A stretch of 64,000 nt of DNA from Eledone cirrhosa (taxonomy: Eukaryota). Below are positions 56,504 to 64,000 of the stretch, one piece after another. Under the pieces are notes generated by a model, which was not told the origin of the DNA, made no database searches, and saw nothing but the letters and a program-made list of their open reading frames with translations. How positions within the stretch are numbered: the stretch's first letter is position 1; every line of letters starts with the position of its first letter. The stretch covers positions 330,398,001 to 330,462,000 of the forward strand of contig OZ024740.1 of assembly GCA_964016885.1 (NCBI GenBank), read 5' to 3'. The position numbers were made by a program, and so were the translations under genes.

Positions 56504-56952
56504 GTGAATGTGTGTGTGTGTGTGTGTGTGTTAGTGTGCATGTGTGTGTACATGTGTATATGTGTGTTTGTGTTTACTCTGGCCGAAAGTGTATTAAATG
56601 TTCACCGAATTGAGTGCGCTTTGACTGTGGCTACAACTTCGATTTATAGCTATTATATATATAAACAGATAATCCAAAATCGAAAGCCTTCCCTCCCCTG
56701 GTGGACGAACACATTCCTTTCTCAGCTCCACCGCATCAAGTTATTTTAGTTGTGAGATGAAAGCACGGTTCAGCATGTATGAAGTGATCAACGTTCCCTT
56801 TAATCGGGCGCAGAAACACGATGATTGAACGAGATTTCGAAGTGAGATCCTGTTTGTACAGGAGACATGATCACGAAATTGTTAAATACTAAATCAATGG
56901 GAGTAGAATATTGCGGAGTTTTGAATAATTTGGTTTAGTTGTTGAAAATATA

Positions 56953-57131
56953 ATTGTTTTTACTTTTGGCACAAGGTCAGCAATAATACCATTGAATTAC
57001 TGGTACATTATTTTATCGACCCTGTAAGGATGAAAGGCAATGTTAACTTCGGCGGGATTTGAACTCGGACCATAAAGGACCGTAACTCTTTGCTGCAAAC
57101 CATGGCGTCCGACCCTCTACCGATACTGCCA
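56953..57131 (-). mobile_element. Nin-domain SINE
   Basis: Same motifs as the other copies. Confidence 0.88.
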
Positions 57132-57388
57132 TATTATGTGATGTCATATGTGTGACTGTATGAATATGTTCTGTTTTTTCGGATGTAAGCAATGATAATT
57201 GTTTGTATATTGTAAATAGGAAAGAAATAAGAATGTGCTTTGGCAGAATTAAGATGGATAATCAAGCATAAATACAACTTAGTGATGTTGCGTCACACTC
57301 ATTATTCTTCTGGTAAGAAAGCCTTGGTCAGTCGGTTTTGAATTACTCAGATTTTTCTGAGTTCATTTGCTTTTTCGAATTTTAACGG

Positions 57389-57832
<444 letters not shown>

Positions 57833-59986
57833 ACCTATTCATTATTGTAATCAGACTTGTTACTAAAGATTAATCACGAAAAGAAATTCGTCCTCAGTCA
57901 GAAAAGCATTATGTTTTATTAGCAGAATATGTTAACAAATCACATTTTGATTTATGTTTTGTTCAGAGAGATATTAAGGTAAATTATTATAATTCTCTTC
58001 TTCCACATTTCGAATACATAAAGCTGATTTCAAGCATCTCTTTAAATGAAAACATATTGCGTCAAAATATATTCTTCATCTAAACATTCCAGCTGAAATA
58101 ACTCAATCAGTAATACTTGTATTTGATATTAAATCCATGTTTATATTACAACTTCTAATTTAATATATCACAAATAATCGAATTTGGTATTACATGGCCT
58201 TAAGATTTGTGACTTTAATGTTGCCTGCATCAATCATTTAAGCTTTATGTCAGTTGTCTTGCAAAAGTAATTTGATACAACACATTGCATCAAAATGATT
58301 TTTATTGCTGGATAAATAATGTATACACTACTATATTCACTAATACGCCGCTCAGTTTTATATGCTTGTGGCTCTCTTTTAGTGTTAAGTATGTACTTAA
58401 CTACAGATATGGCGAAAGGATTTACTACGGCACAGTACTTCACTCTAATGAACCATAGCTTAACACCTCAAGAAAATCGGCTTCATAATGGGGGTAAATC
58501 TTTGCAGAGAATAACATTATTTATGCACTACATCAAGCGTGGAAGCAAAGTGCCATGGAAAGTTTGCATTTCTTCAGCCAAAAATCTCGGAAAATATTGA
58601 CTATTAAAATTAGAAAGTACTTCTTTTATTGCAAAAATAATTGCTTAAATAAAATTCATTGTTTTATTCCTATCTGAAGGTTTTATCTTAGTAATGCTTC
58701 ACTTAATATTGGAAAGCGCAATCAAACAAATAACGTTTGGTATGGTGTCAATGAATTTAAATTATATTTAGAGCAGGATAGATAGGAATGTATTGTTTTA
58801 CAAAAGACACCAATTTCTCTTTCATTAGCTTTTGATTATTGAAATATTTCATTGTGCTGGTATATGCACTATTGATTGAAAGTCTTTGTATGAGATTATT
58901 TACTACAACGCACTCTAGATCTAGCCGAGATAAAAATAAAACTGGAATTATTGGCATAGTATATTGATAATGTATATTACTTGCACCCCAGTAATGCTGC
59001 ACGAATGGCTGAACTATTTTGGCAAAGCAAACACGAAATGTATATAGAATATGAGTCAATGAAGACTTGTTTCTAATAATACGATTGACCTTATGTATGT
59101 ATATTTCAAATTATTATTGTTGCCATAGTAACATTGATATTTCCTTTCAGCGTTCCATCAACTGTCTTCCCTAATGACCTGGTTTTATAAATGCATTAAT
59201 ATTGTTTCTATTGTTACACATCGTCGTTTTAATGGTATTTTGTAGACTGATAGTACAGAGTATATACATTAAGCTGAGATCTAATAGCAACCAATAAATA
59301 CTTTACAATAATATTTAATCATTAAAATTGTATGAAAGATAATTTAAAACCTATTTAGGTAAACTACAGAGACGGTAGAAATTAAACATTAAATCGTGTA
59401 TATAGTGAAATGATAATTCCATAGACAATATATTTCAACATTAGCTGGAAACAACTTGTTTTCATGTTCATACATGTTTATTTTCTGTAGTGATTCTATA
59501 TATTTCTTAATGATAAGGCTACATAAAGAATAGTTCAGCAATAGAATAGTGTTCAGCTCAGGCACCTTACATTCTCGTTACGGTTCTCTTTATGTATCAA
59601 TGTATACCATCATTTTGAAGAACTGATATGCCACCTCGTTTTCGAGGTCATGGGTTTCAATCCGTAGGCTGATTTCCTTTCTTCAACTAACCTATTGAAA
59701 ACAGATATTAATCATATATATTCTCTATGCATAATACATATGAATATTCACTATTGTTTATTATTTTTGCAATAGCTGATATGAATAAATTTCACTATTC
59801 AAAATATATATATATATTGTAAATCTCACTAGATTCTAATACTAATTCAAACAAGTGTCTCCAATGAATGAGGGATGTATCAAATATGAATTGTGTCAAG
59901 AGACCATCCGAAGCTTTTATAATTACTGTAATTTCAGGATCTCAATCGTGATTCACATTTAATGGCAAACACACACACACACACAC

Positions 59987-60024
<38 letters not shown>

Positions 60025-60060
60025 ACGCACACACACGCACACACACATATATACCCCCTC

Positions 60061-60104
<44 letters not shown>

Positions 60105-60569
60105 GTAATCCAACACAGAAAATTGTAGACATTATTCTATTAGTTGCAGTATATAATTTATGAATTATCAGGAACAATTTTCACATTGTCTGAGTTTCCC
60201 TATATTTCATTAATGTATTTTGGGGAAGAAAGTAACAGTTATGTCAATGTTTATATCTTAAACCTCTGCTGCGACTAAGAGAATTACTTAATTAGTGTCG
60301 GCATACCTTACCTAAAGTAAATAAAGAAACATGAAATAAATGAAAATGCTAATTACTAAATGCAAAGCACCCCTTTCATGTAATGATAATCATTAAACAT
60401 ATAACAGAAAATATAATCGGTATTTCAACGTTTTTTATTTTGTTTAAATATAACATAAAATATGAGACAAGTATAAAGAAAATAATATTGATGCCGATAT
60501 CCGAATACTGAAGGAAAACATACTATATCATATATCTTATATATTATTTACCCTAGAAATAATGAAATA

Positions 60570-63500
60570 ATGCTCAGCTGCTCGCATGTGTGCGTGCTGA
60601 ATTCTGGGTCTTTCCGCTGGGAACAACCCCTTGCCCCCCCCCCCCCCCCCCCCTCCTTTTTTGTGTACATACATCCATTCACTCATTCATTTACTGCAAT
60701 TTTACCTTCCTGTGTCTTCCCCTCCATGCAGCCCCTTTTCGCTCTCGTTTTCTGGCACCTCCATATATATAAGGGAGCTATGCTGCCCTCTTACAAGCAC
60801 TTTCCCTTCCAACCACACACACCAGCCACCCACCCCTGATGCCGCTCGGTGCCCCAGTCCCCGACCCAACACCCCATCCCCCAACACTCCAAATCGACAC
60901 CTGCAGCACTTGCGGCACTACTAACAAACGGAAGACGGGCCGGAACTGTTTGGGATGCGGCTGCTTCCACCACCTCACCTGCGTTGGCTTGACTCGTCGA
61001 GCTTCCAATGCCCTCGCAGCGTAGAGGTGCAGGAGCTGCCTCTGCCTCTTGTCTTCCCAGCCACAGCCGTCTGGCACACCACCAGATAGGACAGCGAGCT
61101 TGCCTGACGCCCGAGCCTCGCTGGTCAACATCGCTCGGCTCAGGCTGCTCCGGAAGATCCCATCGAGGATCCCGAGAGCGGCACGGGTGCCGGTAGCCGA
61201 TGCCCTTGCTTCCTCGATTGAGAGCGCACTGGACTCCAATCGAGCCAGTGACTGGGAGCGGCTGTTCTATTTCGCCCCGCTCGCCCTCGGCCTCCCCAGC
61301 TCTGGCGCTGACCCGGGGGCCGGTCAACAGCAGCCTTCGTCAAGGACAATGTCTCGTCATTTGGGCGAGCGCACATTCCAAGCGTGCCCAGGGATTCCAC
61401 ACACCCCACCCTCAGGTACCTCCTATCCTCTACCCCCGAGGCCAGCGCCAAACGTTTGCGTGACCAGGTAAAGGCAAAGCTTGTCATGGGTGGTGTGTCG
61501 GCCGCAGTCAGAGTTGTTTCCTCAGAGGACTCTATCCTCCAACCCACCGAGGAGATCCTGGCTGCTCTGCGGCTCAAACACCCTGAGCCACCCACTAATC
61601 TCAGACCCATACCCTCATCCGACCCCACCTGCTCCTTGTGGCTACTGATGCAGATATTATGTCCACCATCAGGTCCTTCCTAGCTAGCAGCTGCGGAGGT
61701 GTTGATGGTCTCCGACCATGCCACCTCAGGGAGTTGACATCCCCCCTCTCCGCTGAGGCCGGCCGCCGCCTTCTGAGTTCAATTGTGGCGCTCACCAATA
61801 GGCTCATTCATGGTGCCCTCAACCCTTACCCCCGAGGCCTCTTTTTTTCGGCCAGCCTCACCGCTTTCAGGAAGAAAGAAGGTTCGCATACGCCCCATTG
61901 CTGTGGGCAATGTCTTCCGGAGGCTGGCTGCCAAGGTGATCTGCAAGTCCGTCACACACGAACTAGGTGAGGAGTTTAGTCCGGTGCAACTGGGTGTCGG
62001 CGTGTCCGGTGGCTGTGAGGGAGCCTCTCATGCAATCAGGCAGTTCTTCAGCAGCTGCCCATCGGTACCGTCATCCAGGGACTCCAGGCACCTCATTGTC
62101 AAGCTTGACATGAGGAATGCCTTTAACTCTTTACGCCGGGATCATCTGCTCGAGGCCTGCCTCAGACAAGCCCCCTCTGCCTACCCGCTGGCCTATCTGT
62201 CATATGGAGCCCCAAGCATGCTCCTAGCTGCTGATACGGTCATAGCCTCGGCTACTGGGGTCCAACAGGGCGACCCTTTGGGACCCTCCTGTTCGCTCTT
62301 GGTATTGACCACATCGCCCGGAGTATCACGGCTCCTCTCAACTTTGGTATCTGGATGATGCTACGTTGGGCGGGCCCGTACGGACGGTCTGCCAAGACCT
62401 TCAATCGCTGATTCCTGCTCTGGCGGGAGTCGGCCTCCAGGTCAACTCGGCCAAGTCGGAGGTGGTGAATGTCAGCCTCGATACTGTGAGCTTTGCAGCC
62501 TCCGTCTTGGACGTACGGTCCATTCTCCGACAGGTTCAGGTTACCCCCAAAGAGGATGTCCTCATCCTCGGGTCACCGATCCATCCGCCGGCCATCCGCT
62601 CCACCCTCAGGTCCAGGCTTCAAAAACTCCAGACTCTCACGAGCTGACTGGGCTTGATTGACGGCCACCCAGCTCTCTTTCTACTGAGAAACTGCTTCGC
62701 CATGCCGAAGCTCCTCTATACACTCCGCAGAGCTCCATGCACACCCAGACATCTCTCCTCGCTGACCTCGATGCTTGTATCCGAGCAGCAACCGAGTGGA
62801 TATGCAACGTACAGTTTGACGACATAGGGTGGCAACGTGCCACTTTACCGGTCAGGTATGGCGGCCTAGGCCTCCGGTCCCCGATCTCACTAGCTTTGCC
62901 GGCGTATCTTTCGTCGGTAACCTCGTGCCGCGTCCTCGTCAGCAAGGTTCTTCAAAACACAACAGAACCATATGTGTTCAGAGAACGTGAGGCTCCCTGT
63001 GAGACGTGGGACTGGCTGGGACTTAGCCCAGTAGACATCCCTTCTCTTTCTCCCCCTGTTCACGTCAAGTCCCCCCAACGCAGTTGGGATGCCATCCAGT
63101 GCAGCTTTGCCTCAGACAGGCTCACGCGCCAGCTTGACCAGCACCGCCTTGCTTGGTTTCGTGCGGCCTCCAAACCCCACAGTGGTGCCTGGTTCCATGC
63201 TGTGCCCTCATTCTCCACTGGCACGCAGCTAAACAACCATAGCCTGCGAATCGGCGTTTCCCTGAGTCTCGGCCTCCGGATCTGCCAGCCACACCAATGT
63301 CGCTGAGGTTCCACCGTGGACTATTTCGGCCTCCACCCGCTTTCCTGTCGCCACAGTGCCGGCCTGCATTCCACGCCATACTGCCCTCAACGTGGTCATT
63401 AAGCATGGCTTGGACGCAGCAGGCTCCCCTTCCCAGCTCGAGTCGGTGGGGATGGATCGAAGGGATAGCAAAAGGCCAGATGGCATGACCATATTCCCGT

Positions 63501-63900
63501 TCCGCGGTGGCAAACCCCTCGTCTGGGATGCCACATGCACCGACACTTTCTGCAGCCGCAACCTAGTGCAGGTTGCGACTGGCCCAGGTTCTGCTGCACG
63601 TCGGGCTGAGGGGGCCAAGCTCCTCAAATACCGGTCGCTCTTCGACAAGTTTGCGGTCGTTCCCCTAGCAGTAGAAACTTCTGGTGTCCTCGGCCCAGGG
63701 CTACCTCCTTACTCACCACCATAGGCGCTGTTCTGACCAGCCGTATGTGTGAGCCCCGCGAGTTGGAGTTGCTTTTCCAGCGCGTCTCCCTTGCCGTCCT
63801 CCGGCGAGACGCCTTCTCCATTCAGTCCGCCGGGGCTGTGGGTGGGCCCCATCGCGTACCAATACATTAGTTAAATACCATTCTTTCATCTCATATATAT
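60570..63900 (+). mobile_element. CRE-clade-like RLE non-LTR retrotransposon, near full-length, disrupted
   Basis: GC-rich block: RPIAVGNVFRRL, QLGVGVSGGCEG, KLDMRNAFNS, GVQQGDPLGP, WYLDD (~62345), GGLGLRS, C.(C)G...H...C knuckle, RH..LN, KRPDG, WDATCTDT, K..KY, PLAVETSG. Confidence 0.9.
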
Positions 63901-64000
63901 ATACATGTTGTGTATTATATTTACAACATGTCATGTGTGAGTATAAACATATAAGCTGGCGTACAAAAACAAGTATTTGTACAATTTTAGATAGTTTGAA

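Overview
AT-rich, microsatellite-dense eukaryotic (animal) DNA. The Nin-domain tRNA-SINE and the repeat landscape suggest a cephalopod such as Octopus (inference). I could not support any host gene. Recognisable content is decayed retroelements: two copies of an R4/Dong-like RLE LINE, a near full-length Tx1/L1-clade LINE, a CRE-like RLE LINE with an N-terminal PHD finger, an RTE LINE with a 5' inversion, CR1-like and RTE relics, about 10 Nin-SINEs, and two GIY-YIG Penelope-like elements (PLEs), one of them a 3.2-kb palindrome. The main signal is not explained by the ORF track. By eye there are 17 well-formed or point-mutated type-I hammerhead ribozyme (HHR) motifs, plus a few degenerate ones, belonging to at least six unrelated sequence families. 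Nearly all sit in short non-coding units that form tandem and/or fold-back (inverted) arrays inside (TA)n tracts, the same architecture as the two coding PLEs. This looks like a population of ribozyme-bearing, retrozyme-like non-autonomous elements mobilised by PLEs, several with non-canonical stem II junctions. All folding and alignment was done by eye; boundaries are approximate.
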